Source: a virus
Taxonomy: Duplodnaviria; Heunggongvirae; Uroviricota; Caudoviricetes
DNA length: 64,000 nt
Virus record (IMG/VR): IMGVR_UViG_2645727901_000008
Direction: 5' to 3' (one strand)
In this document: positions 54,270 through 63,922 of the stretch, piece by piece
Layout: each line of letters opens with the position of its first letter
Position numbering within the stretch: the stretch's first letter is position 1
Notes under the pieces: generated by a model
What the model was told of the DNA's origin: nothing
The model's database searches: none
What the model saw: only the letters and a program-made list of their open reading frames with translations
Position numbers and translations under genes: made by a program

Positions 54270-55268
54270 TTATCCCCGTCGCGAAACGAAGAGTAATGGG
54301 GTAGTATTTTTGCTCTCCTTCGGCGATAACTCCGGCTCTTTCTTGCCTGATATCGGCAAGCCATAAGTCGCATTTGCCCCCAGAGATTCAAGCATCGCAG
54401 CCACTATGCGAGCATCATCTTCAGACTGCATACGGCAGAGCGCCCGACGCTGTTCTGCGCTGATAAAAACAGGCAGCTCCTGGATAGCATCACGCAAAAT
54501 CCTACGGCATTTCTTCGCATCTTCGCCCTGGCTTTCCATCATTGCGGCCTGGTTGCGTAATTCGTCGCGAAGTTGCATATTTTCCACTTCAAGGAGCATC
54601 AATTCTGACTCAAGGGCTTCACGCTGTGCTGACTCGAAAATAGCCTGCTGATTCTTCATTGCTGAAAAGTGGTGAACAAGATCCGTAGCCGCGTTATCGG
54701 TAAAACCTTGTTCGATAAGTGCCGCATGAATAGCCGCGTCGCGCTCTTCTGCTGATTCCAGCATCAGACTTTTCTTGTCGAGGCTGATATAGTTAGGCAC
54801 AGTTACGTAATCAAAGCCGTGGAAAGACTTTACCAGGGATACCGATGAATCTGGACCAGATGTAGCCCACGACCAACCACCAGCACCAGAGTTAATCATG
54901 CCCTGAACAATACGCCCGGTGTCTGTATCCAGTATTTCCTGCGTATGAGTAACAATGCCGTTGTCGTCAATCGAAATGTCGATAGTCCTGTTTGACGGCA
55001 CGTTCTCCAATACAACAGGCTTCCCATCTACCATCACAACAGAGACTTCCGGCAAGTTCAGGCTTTTCGTTTTGTTATAGTGCATCGCCCGGCGACCATG
55101 ACCGTAATAACCATACATCTCACCCAGCGCGATACGCTCTTTTGTTTCTGGCGAGTTGAATGTGTCTCGTACCGACTGAATGACGTAATTTCGGTTGTTC
55201 TGCGGTGTGTGTTTGCGGATTTTCTCTACCAGGGAGAAGCGATCCGTAACAGTATTCAGTGATTGCAT
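54270..55268 (-). CDS. putative prohead protease/scaffold protein (Pro-like position after portal)
   Basis: 332 aa with GGAGGG RBS. C-terminal coiled-coil and acidic region. Call is positional. Confidence 0.35.
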   Translation of the reverse strand: MQSLNTVTDRFSLVEKIRKHTPQNNRNYVIQSVRDTFNSPETKERIALGEMYGYYGHGRRAMHYNKTKSLNLPEVSVVMVDGKPVVLENVPSNRTIDISIDDNGIVTHTQEILDTDTGRIVQGMINSGAGGWSWATSGPDSSVSLVKSFHGFDYVTVPNYISLDKKSLMLESAEERDAAIHAALIEQGFTDNAATDLVHHFSAMKNQQAIFESAQREALESELMLLEVENMQLRDELRNQAAMMESQGEDAKKCRRILRDAIQELPVFISAEQRRALCRMQSEDDARIVAAMLESLGANATYGLPISGKKEPELSPKESKNTTPLLFVSRRG

Positions 55269-55281
55269 TATTTCCCTCCGG

Positions 55282-56964
55282 TTAATTGCTCATCACAAAT
55301 TTTGCAAAGTTTATTAACTGTTCTGGCGTCCAGTTTTCCGGATCGTCACCGGACGACAACGGCGCGGATTCGTACATACCATGCTCGTTGTTTTGCTCTG
55401 ATTCATTCGCCTTAAACTCTTTGATCATGGTGTTGAGAGTGTCATCGTCGATGTGCAACTGCTCAGTGAACAGATAACGCATAAACGCGTCGCTACCAGC
55501 CAGTTTCGGGTTGTTCTGGATCTGGTCCATAATTTGGGAGATGACAGCAACAAAGTTGGCGCGTGCATCCAGTTCTCGGTTTTCCTCTTCCTGGATAGCA
55601 GTGTTCATTGAGTTGAATTGCACGTCATAAGGGCGGTTTGTTTCGGTGTAAACCTTGCCGTATTTATAAGCGAGGTGAATGTCCAGAAGCCGATAAATAG
55701 TTCGCTGGGCGGCCTGTCTGATCCAGTTCGCACGCAATGCAGCCTGGATAGCAGTTTGCTGCCAGCCGCCTTCTCCAAGCCCTCCGCTCATCTGATCAGC
55801 CCAGCCAAGCATTGTTGCGTCAATGCCGAGGCTTGCAGCAAGCTGCCGGAGGTGAAACATAACGTCTTCGATACCACTGATATCTGCGGGTATGGATTGC
55901 GTATCAATGGTGATGCCGTTCTTCCCGTCTCCCATAACAGGTATCAGATGGTTAAGCACAGTCGGAATAGCGTTGGCATTAATCGACCTTTGCGCCACCA
56001 GGTCACTATGACGCTTCAATGCCTGGCTGACGCCACGCGTATAGTTCGCCGCATTAACCGGGTCCAGTGTGTTCGTCGTAAGAGCAATCAGGCGGTCAAT
56101 TTTGGCTGCATTATTTCGCGTTGATTTCAGCGCGGCGAGCGAAGCACATAAATTAAGGTAAGGTTCATAGCTGTATTCCAGGAATGAAGTTCCGTAATTC
56201 TGCGTCTCCATTAACGGCTTATCAGCCTGATCACTTAACAGTGAATACCCTTTTGTACCGTAGCTAACCGGAATAACCTTATGCTGCGGCGTCCAATACG
56301 GGTTTTTCATGGAAACAAGATTCCACGGTTCGGTTATTACCCTGCGCAAACTATGCGTATCCAGAATGTAATCACCACTAAAACCGACCAGCTGGCTACC
56401 GCGATAAAATTCCTGGACGAAGTGTGGAAGAGTGTAATAACTGGATTCAATGCCAGTTATCCCTCTGCCCTGTTCAGCATAAGGTCGGACATAAGACACC
56501 CCAAAGATCGCCATAATCATGGCCCATGAAGGAAGTCCGTCATTAATCATTGCCCCCAAATCAGCTGTTAACTCTTCACACCTACTTACCGCCTCGGCAT
56601 CGGAACCATCTTTTGGCGAAAGCATGAATGCCAGCCCGGTTTTCTTTGAAGGCGCAAGCGCATGTGCAATATGAATGTTTAAAGCCGTTGAGATAGTCGG
56701 GCTTTTAGCCATCGTTTCCAGGATGTTGTACTTTTGCAGGCGCTCGCCGGGCAGTTCAGCGGATAAAGAAATTGAATCTGCTGCACTCGTCATGCCATCG
56801 CTGTTGCTACCCAGGATGCCTGGACGTAAAGCGGACAGGCCGGAACGAGCAACGACACTATGCCCGCTCGTAAAAACGACCGGATCGGCGGGCGTAACAT
56901 CACCACCGTTGAAGGCTTTCTTCAATGCCGACAGAAAGCCTTTGTTTTTGTCTTTCGTTGCCAT
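55282..56964 (-). CDS. putative portal protein (Prt-like)
   Basis: 560-aa protein upstream of the protease-like gene in the head morphogenesis cluster. Confidence 0.4.
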   Translation of the reverse strand: MATKDKNKGFLSALKKAFNGGDVTPADPVVFTSGHSVVARSGLSALRPGILGSNSDGMTSAADSISLSAELPGERLQKYNILETMAKSPTISTALNIHIAHALAPSKKTGLAFMLSPKDGSDAEAVSRCEELTADLGAMINDGLPSWAMIMAIFGVSYVRPYAEQGRGITGIESSYYTLPHFVQEFYRGSQLVGFSGDYILDTHSLRRVITEPWNLVSMKNPYWTPQHKVIPVSYGTKGYSLLSDQADKPLMETQNYGTSFLEYSYEPYLNLCASLAALKSTRNNAAKIDRLIALTTNTLDPVNAANYTRGVSQALKRHSDLVAQRSINANAIPTVLNHLIPVMGDGKNGITIDTQSIPADISGIEDVMFHLRQLAASLGIDATMLGWADQMSGGLGEGGWQQTAIQAALRANWIRQAAQRTIYRLLDIHLAYKYGKVYTETNRPYDVQFNSMNTAIQEEENRELDARANFVAVISQIMDQIQNNPKLAGSDAFMRYLFTEQLHIDDDTLNTMIKEFKANESEQNNEHGMYESAPLSSGDDPENWTPEQLINFAKFVMSN

Positions 56965-57048
56965 GAATCACCGCGAATTGTTTCCAGTTTCGCGGCAGCA
57001 TAATCAGTATGTGATTTGATAGGAGAGTTTTATTGGTGCTGTTAATGA

Positions 57049-57381
57049 TTACTTACACGCTTCCCTGCCCACATAGTCAGCGATGGAACCACTTACAATC
57101 CCCCCCATTTTGGGATCAGGTTTTGAATTTTTCATCTGTTCAAGCGTCTCCCCAGAACCAAGATACTTCACTTCATTTGTCATGCAATTATATATTCTCT
57201 TCGAATATGCTGTCCCAGATGGGCCTTCCCTTTTTGTAATGATAGTTTTATATTCACCTTCACGACCAATATCCAGCACTGTATAAGTAGCTTTTGGATC
57301 AGAAGGGATTTTTATCTTATAGGGCGCAGCACAAACTGATGCAGAAGCTAATAAAGCACAAACCAGGATTATATTTCTCAT
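57049..57381 (-). CDS. small secreted protein (signal peptide), AT-rich
   Basis: MRNIILVCALLASASVCAAPY signal sequence. GGAG RBS. Confidence 0.45.
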   Translation of the reverse strand: MRNIILVCALLASASVCAAPYKIKIPSDPKATYTVLDIGREGEYKTIITKREGPSGTAYSKRIYNCMTNEVKYLGSGETLEQMKNSKPDPKMGGIVSGSIADYVGREACK

Positions 57382-57425
57382 AACTATACTCCATGTTATA
57401 AATTATCAAAGCTAAGTAAGTAAAA

Positions 57426-57983
57426 CTAATCTGGATCAACAATAAGTTGTGAAACCTTCGCTGCAAGTCTTATATAGCGTTCAGCTTCATTTCTGGTGAT
57501 TTCAAAATCCAGAAAGTGCGCGGCTTCATTTCTTAGCGAGCGAAGCCGTTTTAACAGCAAAGCAGCGGAATCTTCAAGTTTTCCTTCTTGAATCAACCAG
57601 TCAATGAATAGTTCTGGATTCCGTTTCGGCTTTAACCCTCCCTGTATAAAACCAGAGCGCCCGGCAGCCTCCTCTACCATCAACCATGACTCCATAATAG
57701 CAGCTCTAGGTGAAAAATCAGCAATTCTCTCTAATTGTGCGATTTTATTTATATATTCAGAGTTATTATTACCATTGTTAATATTTTTATTCCCAACTGA
57801 TGCATCTGTTGCTAATACTTCTGCTGCGGTTAGTCCCGCATTAAACTCAGCTTCAGCTGCTCCAATCTTGAATCTACTCAGACGTACTATTAACTCCTTA
57901 ATATCAACCCCATACTTATTAACAAACCACACAAACACCAATGGCCATGCAAGAGCTGAAACCAAATCTGTAAATGATGACAT
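57426..57983 (-). CDS. N-terminal TM-anchored protein with a DUF4145-like C-terminal helical domain; AT-rich cargo gene
   Basis: TM LVSALAWPLVFVWFV. C-terminus LLKRLRSLRNEAAHFLDFEITRNEAERYIRLAAKV resembles the DUF4145 R-N-x-x-A-H core. GAGGA RBS. Confidence 0.4.
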   Translation of the reverse strand: MSSFTDLVSALAWPLVFVWFVNKYGVDIKELIVRLSRFKIGAAEAEFNAGLTAAEVLATDASVGNKNINNGNNNSEYINKIAQLERIADFSPRAAIMESWLMVEEAAGRSGFIQGGLKPKRNPELFIDWLIQEGKLEDSAALLLKRLRSLRNEAAHFLDFEITRNEAERYIRLAAKVSQLIVDPD

Positions 57984-58108
57984 CGGTTATCCTCATTCAT
58001 TATATTCTCAGCTAGTTTACATATTATTAAACAGGAACAAAAATGAATTATGCGCCCATCTTCAGATATGTTATGAACGCACAGAAAGAGCATTAAGTTA
58101 CATTGATG

Positions 58109-59485
58109 TTACCCAACAGAGGTTGACTCAAACATAGAAAAAATTAACCCTTTACCTTCGCCAAACTCAGTCTCAATTTCATCAGAAACGGCAGATAAAA
58201 TGCTACGCAGATCGACATCTCCGCCGCCGAACATATCGCCTAACGCTTGTTGTTGGTGAATAAGTTCATCGTTAATTTTTTGCGCCAGTTTCTTGAAAGC
58301 GGCCCCCATTCGCTTAGCGCTTCGGTTGTTGGCAACAATAAACAGAGCAAGCGCTTCTGCTTCCGGAGTGCTATCTCCAAACAATCCACGCTGTGCGATC
58401 ACCTCTTCTACTGCCTGACCGTTATCTTTTGCTTCACGAACAAGGTTAATTGCTTCCTGGAGTGCTGCTATCGCCTGTGTATCCAGGCCATTAACCTGCT
58501 CTATACCGTCCACTAAGCCTGTTACTGCGTCATGGTGAGCGTCGCCAGACAGCGACTGCATTTGCGCAAAATCGCTGGCTGCCGTATTTAATGCGGTCAG
58601 GATATTACGCATTTCCGGATCTGGCTCTTCCGACACTAGCCGAACAAGCCTTTCATCCTTGTACGCTTTGGCAAAAATTGCATTCTGGATGCGATCGATA
58701 AGCTGTTTCGTGGGACGCCCATCGGCAGTAAGCAAGCCTGCCGTCGCTGTATCGCCAATTTCGCGCAAAAACGCACGAATAAACGCATCATTGGACCGCG
58801 CCAGCAGATTTCCATCATCTGAAGGATTAAATAGCGCCATGACGCTCTCAGTGAGAAATTGCGCATCCGCATACGCTTTTTCACTTGCTGCCATCTCTTG
58901 CAGATCGCTAATGTTTGAATCGCGGGCAAATTGAGCGCGGTCTACATCTGTGAGTCTTTCTCGCACTAGTACGGGCATAGACATTTGCGAAATTTCGTCA
59001 GGATTCAGACCAAACTCTTTCGCATGGTCGATCAGGTACTGGCGATACTCATCCGCCTGTCCTTGCTCATAGGCACGCCAGATACCCATACTCCTTCCGT
59101 TGCCGGATTCAACAACGTTGTCCGGACCAACTATCGGCGCTCCGTGGCTGCTCATACCGGAATCCGTTAATTGTGCCGGGCGTAAATTGGAGGCAATACG
59201 GTTAACCTGGAGTTTGCTGGATAGCCGGGTACGATCTCGTGGTTGGAGTTCTTCCGGGAAGGCCGGGTTAATCATACCGTCAAGGTTGTTCGAAATGATC
59301 AGACTGCTGGCATCAACGACCTTAAAAGCCGTCTTTACCTCTGCACCTTTGCTGGTGACTACGTAGCTACTTCGCCCCAGGCGTGTTTCTTTCCTCTCTA
59401 ATGAAGAAACCAGAGCAATGACGCTGTTAATATCTGCGGCCTCGGAAAGCGCAGAAGTAACTGATTTGTTCAAAATACACTCCAA
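58109..59485 (-). CDS. putative internal head protein of the Dar antirestriction/head cluster (DdrB-like position)
   Basis: ORF starts with TTG in the track. GGAGTG RBS favours a TTG at 59473. No early ATG. Confidence 0.35.
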   Translation of the reverse strand: MECILNKSVTSALSEAADINSVIALVSSLERKETRLGRSSYVVTSKGAEVKTAFKVVDASSLIISNNLDGMINPAFPEELQPRDRTRLSSKLQVNRIASNLRPAQLTDSGMSSHGAPIVGPDNVVESGNGRSMGIWRAYEQGQADEYRQYLIDHAKEFGLNPDEISQMSMPVLVRERLTDVDRAQFARDSNISDLQEMAASEKAYADAQFLTESVMALFNPSDDGNLLARSNDAFIRAFLREIGDTATAGLLTADGRPTKQLIDRIQNAIFAKAYKDERLVRLVSEEPDPEMRNILTALNTAASDFAQMQSLSGDAHHDAVTGLVDGIEQVNGLDTQAIAALQEAINLVREAKDNGQAVEEVIAQRGLFGDSTPEAEALALFIVANNRSAKRMGAAFKKLAQKINDELIHQQQALGDMFGGGDVDLRSILSAVSDEIETEFGEGKGLIFSMFESTSVG

Positions 59486-59567
59486 CTATAGAGAAAGCTG
59501 TGAGTGTAAAAAGAGTGTGATTTATGTGAGAACAGAGAAGTGAAAGGGGCATTTCGCCCCCTTTTGA

Positions 59568-59936
59568 TTACCCGGCATAACCGTTGGCTTTCACCCAGCT
59601 TATGGTCTGTTCTTTAGCCTGCTCCAACGTAAGGAACTCGCCAACATAGTTTGAGATCCCACGCAGCGCATCAATAAATTCCATTTGTGTGGACTTTGTG
59701 AACACACCGCCCAGGAAGTCAGTCACTATCTTAGGGACTTCATCTACAACAGGATCAGTCTGTTGTTGCGGTTCCGCTGCCGGTTGCGCGGCAGTCCCCA
59801 GGCCCAATTTCAGCATCACATCAACAATCTGCTTACCAATGGTGACGCGTTGCAATACTGGCGCAGTTTTCTGCGCCTGCATTAGATCTGATAGCTCTTT
59901 ACCTAATTTCAGGCGGTCTAAAACAGAGATGGTCAT
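59568..59936 (-). CDS. small head-associated protein (DdrA-like position)
   Basis: 122 aa. TAATG coupling to the upstream gene. Confidence 0.4.
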   Translation of the reverse strand: MTISVLDRLKLGKELSDLMQAQKTAPVLQRVTIGKQIVDVMLKLGLGTAAQPAAEPQQQTDPVVDEVPKIVTDFLGGVFTKSTQMEFIDALRGISNYVGEFLTLEQAKEQTISWVKANGYAG

Positions 59937-61861
59937 TAAGCACCTCCCTGCTGAATTTCAGCCAGAATGTTGATCAGGTAGTCAACTGCTGCACCCACAG
60001 TGGCTTCGTTCTCGTCGTATCGACCTGCACTGATTAGAGCATTTGCTGCTTCCTGTACATGATCAAGTTCAGTACTGATGACCGTCAGATCGCGGGGTGT
60101 AAACTGCTCCGGAACGGATTTCAGGTACTCCAGCGCTTTATCTGCCTCCTGATCAGCTTCACTTGCTGATTCACCAGCTTCTTCTGGCTCCGGCTCCTGT
60201 TCTGTTGCTGGTTGTGGTTGTGATTCCGGATCAACCACATGCTCTGTTTTTACTTCGATTGAATGATTTTGAAGGGCGTTATACACGTCCATAATGAAAA
60301 GGTTCTCCCCATCACCAAGTGGATACGCCACGTTTGGAAACGCTTTGCGGAAAAGAATTTTCACTTGCGCCTTGAATGTTTTCAGGTCACTGCCAAACAG
60401 GTCTACATAGCCATCAATATGTTTCGACATGCTGGACACAACCAATTGGCCTGCAAAATCTTTCAGCTCATCTTCATCAGGAAGATAGAGCAACTCGTAC
60501 TGGCTGACTTCTTCATCTGTCAGTTTACGGTCATACGTAATGATACCGTGACGAGCATATTCGTAATACTGATCAGCCTGGTCAGGACGATCAATCACGG
60601 CTTTATTTCCATCCGGCACAGCACCAACACCAGCCGGGCGAGATTGAAGTGCATAGTGGTATTTACCTACATCCTGGCTCTCTTGTTGTGATACTGGGTT
60701 CGTCTCGGGGTCTGTCTGTGGTGGTTCGGAGTCTTCCTGCTGGCCTGGTAACACATCAACTTTATATTTATCTGCGTTATGCTCTCGGTAGGCTTTAAGT
60801 AATTTGGTTGCAGCATCTGCCAAACTGCCTCCTTTGACAGCACTGGCATCAATACTGAATTTACCTTCAGGTGCTACTATCGTAACGAAATTGTCACTGC
60901 CGGACGTGACATAATTAACTTCAGCGCCATTATCCAGCACTGTTTTTCCGTCAATGGCAAGATTATGTTTTACATGTCGCAGCTGGTCACTAAACGCTCG
61001 CTCTTTCGTTTTTTCACCTTTAGCAGACAACAATTTATCGCGTTTTGCTTGTAATTCCTCGTTGATGGCTTTCTGGGCATCAAGTTTTTTTTGCATCTCC
61101 GTAAGAGCAGCACGCTTTTCAGTCAGCCCACGTTGCGCAACTTCCACCTGATCAATCATTATTGACCGTTCTTCTGCCAGTTTATCTGCTTCATTGAGAT
61201 AACTCTCAATATCTGCCTTCATTTTGTCCTGGCGCTCTTTTGCTTTCTTAAATTTTTCGCTGTTACGCTCAATCAAATTAGATAGCGCCTGGCATACCTG
61301 GCTTAAAGAAACATCTCTCCCACCAATCGGGGCGACAACGTGAGTTACGTTACGTTTATTAAGTAAAAACTGAAATGCAACAAGCTCGTCGTTACTCTTT
61401 ATTTTTGCCCCGTCAGATGTTGGAGAGTGGAAAATTATGCTTGTACTCTGCCCGTCAGTAAGCGGTATCTGCGCGGTCAAAACAGGGATATTAGCTACCC
61501 GACGTACACGACCGATAATCGCACCACCAATACAATTACGTCCATTTTCATCGGCCCCGGCTTCATCAGTCCCTGCCATAATATTCGTACCATTCAGGCC
61601 ACGATTCAGCGCACGGACGAAAGCTCGCATTGTTTGAGCTAACCGAATTCTGGTTGTAGTTATGGACTCAAACATAGCTTCGTCAGACACAACCAGAATT
61701 TCATTGCCCATATAGGCAAGCTCAATATCTTCTAAGGTCGCCGCCTCAAAAATCAGGTCATCTTCGCTTAATTCTTCTGAAGACCAGCGACTTGGCATAT
61801 AGCCGGGGATCGTATCAGCAAAAGTAGACTGAATATTAATTCGTAAAGGATTGTTAATCAT
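59936..61861 (-). CDS. large internal head protein (DarA-like position and size)
   Basis: ORF 59936..61900. GGAGGA-N5-ATG supports the start at 61861. Central coiled coil. Acidic Glu/Asp-rich C-terminal region. Confidence 0.4.
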   Translation of the reverse strand: MINNPLRINIQSTFADTIPGYMPSRWSSEELSEDDLIFEAATLEDIELAYMGNEILVVSDEAMFESITTTRIRLAQTMRAFVRALNRGLNGTNIMAGTDEAGADENGRNCIGGAIIGRVRRVANIPVLTAQIPLTDGQSTSIIFHSPTSDGAKIKSNDELVAFQFLLNKRNVTHVVAPIGGRDVSLSQVCQALSNLIERNSEKFKKAKERQDKMKADIESYLNEADKLAEERSIMIDQVEVAQRGLTEKRAALTEMQKKLDAQKAINEELQAKRDKLLSAKGEKTKERAFSDQLRHVKHNLAIDGKTVLDNGAEVNYVTSGSDNFVTIVAPEGKFSIDASAVKGGSLADAATKLLKAYREHNADKYKVDVLPGQQEDSEPPQTDPETNPVSQQESQDVGKYHYALQSRPAGVGAVPDGNKAVIDRPDQADQYYEYARHGIITYDRKLTDEEVSQYELLYLPDEDELKDFAGQLVVSSMSKHIDGYVDLFGSDLKTFKAQVKILFRKAFPNVAYPLGDGENLFIMDVYNALQNHSIEVKTEHVVDPESQPQPATEQEPEPEEAGESASEADQEADKALEYLKSVPEQFTPRDLTVISTELDHVQEAANALISAGRYDENEATVGAAVDYLINILAEIQQGGA

Positions 61862-62474
61862 GCTCATCCTCCAGGCGCGCGATTTCTTCTTTAAGAGCAC
61901 GTGTCTTAGCTACTTCCTGAGACAAGGCAGCTTTAACGTTACCCGTATCTTGCATTACTTTGTCTGACTTGCTCTGGAGTTTAGACAGTTTGTCGTTAGC
62001 ATTAGCGATATCTTCACGGAGTGCATCACGTGATTCTTTCGCTTCAGCTAATTTCTGAGCGTTAGATTTAACTCCCTGCCGCTTCTTATTTCCGTCATCA
62101 ATATTTTTTGCTGCACGAGCAAGTTTTCGAGCTAATGACTTCTGGAAAGAAGTTGCTCCGCGATTAAATAAAGCCGCAAGAGATTGCCCCAAAGCCGACA
62201 TTGTTTTTACTGGCTTGAACGGTACTGTTTTACCATTCAGTTTGATCCCAGATATATCACCGGTATCGTTAACCTGAACTTCCATTGTCTGTTCATCAAT
62301 ACCAATAAGGGTAAACGTGCGCGTCATGATCCCATCTTTCTTCCTGCCATTACTTGCAGGGATCACCCTCGCTATCTTGTAACCACCTTTGCTGATTTCT
62401 TTGACGAGTTTTGCCAGCCCCTTTTCGTTTAACTCATCATAATTAAGAAGAACATAATTATTCTTATTTGACAT
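61854..62474 (-). CDS. head-size-determination-like protein (Hdf-like position)
   Basis: AGGAG RBS supports the MSNKNNY start at 62474. Lys-rich C-terminal coiled coil. Confidence 0.35.
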   Translation of the reverse strand: MSNKNNYVLLNYDELNEKGLAKLVKEISKGGYKIARVIPASNGRKKDGIMTRTFTLIGIDEQTMEVQVNDTGDISGIKLNGKTVPFKPVKTMSALGQSLAALFNRGATSFQKSLARKLARAAKNIDDGNKKRQGVKSNAQKLAEAKESRDALREDIANANDKLSKLQSKSDKVMQDTGNVKAALSQEVAKTRALKEEIARLEDEHD

Positions 62475-62910
62475 CCCAGTCTCCTTCACGCTTTTCGATC
62501 GTAAACTGGCGCTCTATGCAGTCATTGATAGGGAAAATGCGATAAAGCGGATTCAGTCGACAGTTACCGTTAGTCAATGTGACTTTCAGATCCCACTTCG
62601 TTGGCTCAAGATATTTCGTATCGATGAGCAAATACTCTTCTCTCTCACCGCGTTTTGAGGCGTCAACTGGTCGCGTTTTCCCTGAAATAACCACAGATGG
62701 ATTTTTCAGGTCTTGCAACCAATATTCGATTTGAGCATTGCTGACCCAGCTTCGCTTAACACGTAGCGAAACAGGAAATGCTATAGCGGATTCTTTCACT
62801 ACAGCGTCACCAATACTCAAAATCTCAACACTCTTGCGACGAAAAATGAAACGGTCAATGATGGCAACAAATGCCATGATAAAAATGAAATAATTTCCAA
62901 AGTTACCCAT
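62464..62910 (-). CDS. LydB-like protein (antiholin position)
   Basis: 148 aa with N-terminal TM. TAATG coupling to the holin-like gene. Confidence 0.35.
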   Translation of the reverse strand: MGNFGNYFIFIMAFVAIIDRFIFRRKSVEILSIGDAVVKESAIAFPVSLRVKRSWVSNAQIEYWLQDLKNPSVVISGKTRPVDASKRGEREEYLLIDTKYLEPTKWDLKVTLTNGNCRLNPLYRIFPINDCIERQFTIEKREGDWDVK

Positions 62911-63236
62911 TATTTCTCTCCACCTTTTCCCCCATTCGCTATTACGCTTAAGAGATTCAAGACGTTACTAGCTCTGGACTTCAAGCCCTGTAAAATTTCA
63001 CTACCGTTGTTACTGGCAATCAGAACAACGCAGAAAATGATACCTTCAGGCCATTCTTGGCTAACCGCCACCCCATACCCCGCAAGCCCGGCTGTTACCG
63101 CAGTAAACAATTCACTCGCAAGATTGAGCAGGGACGCAGAAATGCGCCCGTCTCTAACTCCGAGAAGGAATACGCCGGTTCCACTTAGTAGGGATGTTAT
63201 GACTACTACAGCCAGATTTTCATAATCTGCAAACAT
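62910..63236 (-). CDS. holin-like membrane protein (LydA-like)
   Basis: 108 aa with three hydrophobic segments and a charged C-terminal tail. Confidence 0.45.
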   Translation of the reverse strand: MFADYENLAVVVITSLLSGTGVFLLGVRDGRISASLLNLASELFTAVTAGLAGYGVAVSQEWPEGIIFCVVLIASNNGSEILQGLKSRASNVLNLLSVIANGGKGGEK

Positions 63237-63314
63237 ACCCCTCCAGAAATAACATCTAATGCGCCACTAACTTAGTCAGTTTGTTATTTCCTTACAGGAC
63301 ATCTTCTAGAATCT

Positions 63315-63337
63315 CCCCCCTTAACATACAAGGGGGG
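63315..63337 (+). promoter_or_regulatory. stable hairpin CCCCCCTT...AAGGGGGG sequestering the cin ribosome-binding site
   Basis: 8-bp G/C stem directly upstream of ATG 63342. Confidence 0.4.
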
Positions 63338-63341
63338 ACAT

Positions 63342-63902
63342 ATGCTTATTGGATACATTCGCGTATCAACTAATGACCAAAACACCGCTTTACAACGAAA
63401 CGCCCTTGAAAGCGCAGGATGTGAGCTAATTTTTGAGGATAAGGCGAGCGGCAAAAAGGCTGAACGCCCAGGGTTAAAAAAGGTTCTGCGTATTCTTTCC
63501 AGAGGTGACACCCTGGTCGTATGGAAGTTAGATCGTCTTGGGCGCAGCATGCGTCACTTGGTTGTGCTGGTGGAAGAGCTGCGTGACAGAGGCATTAACT
63601 TCCGGAGTCTCACTGACTCCATCGACACCAGTACACCAATGGGGCGCTTTTTCTTTCACGTAATGGGGGCGCTGGCAGAAATGGAACGTGAGCTTATCAT
63701 TGAACGTACACGCGCTGGACTTGATGCAGCTCGCGCAGAAGGTCGTATAGGTGGGCGTCGGCCTAAATACCAAGAAGAAACATGGCAGCAAATGCGGCGA
63801 TTGCTGGAGAAGGGCATCCCTCGTAAGCAAGTTGCAATCATCTATGATGTGGCTGTTTCCACGCTTTATAAGAAGTTTCCGGCATCATCATTTCAATCCT
63901 AA
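63342..63902 (+). CDS. cin: Cin DNA invertase (serine recombinase, Hin/Gin/Cin family)
   Basis: MLIGYIRVSTNDQNTALQRNAL...TLVVWKLDRLGRSMRHL...FRSLTDSIDTSTPMGRFFFHVMGALAEMERELIIERT is near-identical in pattern to P1 Cin. Confidence 0.9.
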   Translation: MLIGYIRVSTNDQNTALQRNALESAGCELIFEDKASGKKAERPGLKKVLRILSRGDTLVVWKLDRLGRSMRHLVVLVEELRDRGINFRSLTDSIDTSTPMGRFFFHVMGALAEMERELIIERTRAGLDAARAEGRIGGRRPKYQEETWQQMRRLLEKGIPRKQVAIIYDVAVSTLYKKFPASSFQS

Positions 63903-63922
63903 ACCTTGGTTTAAGAGAACTC
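63897..63922. other. cix inversion crossover site overlapping the cin stop (rc TTCTCTTAAACCAAGGTTTAGGA)
   Basis: Matches the hix/gix/cix consensus TTCTCTTAAACCAAGGTTT.... The invertible segment would lie beyond the window end. Confidence 0.7.
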
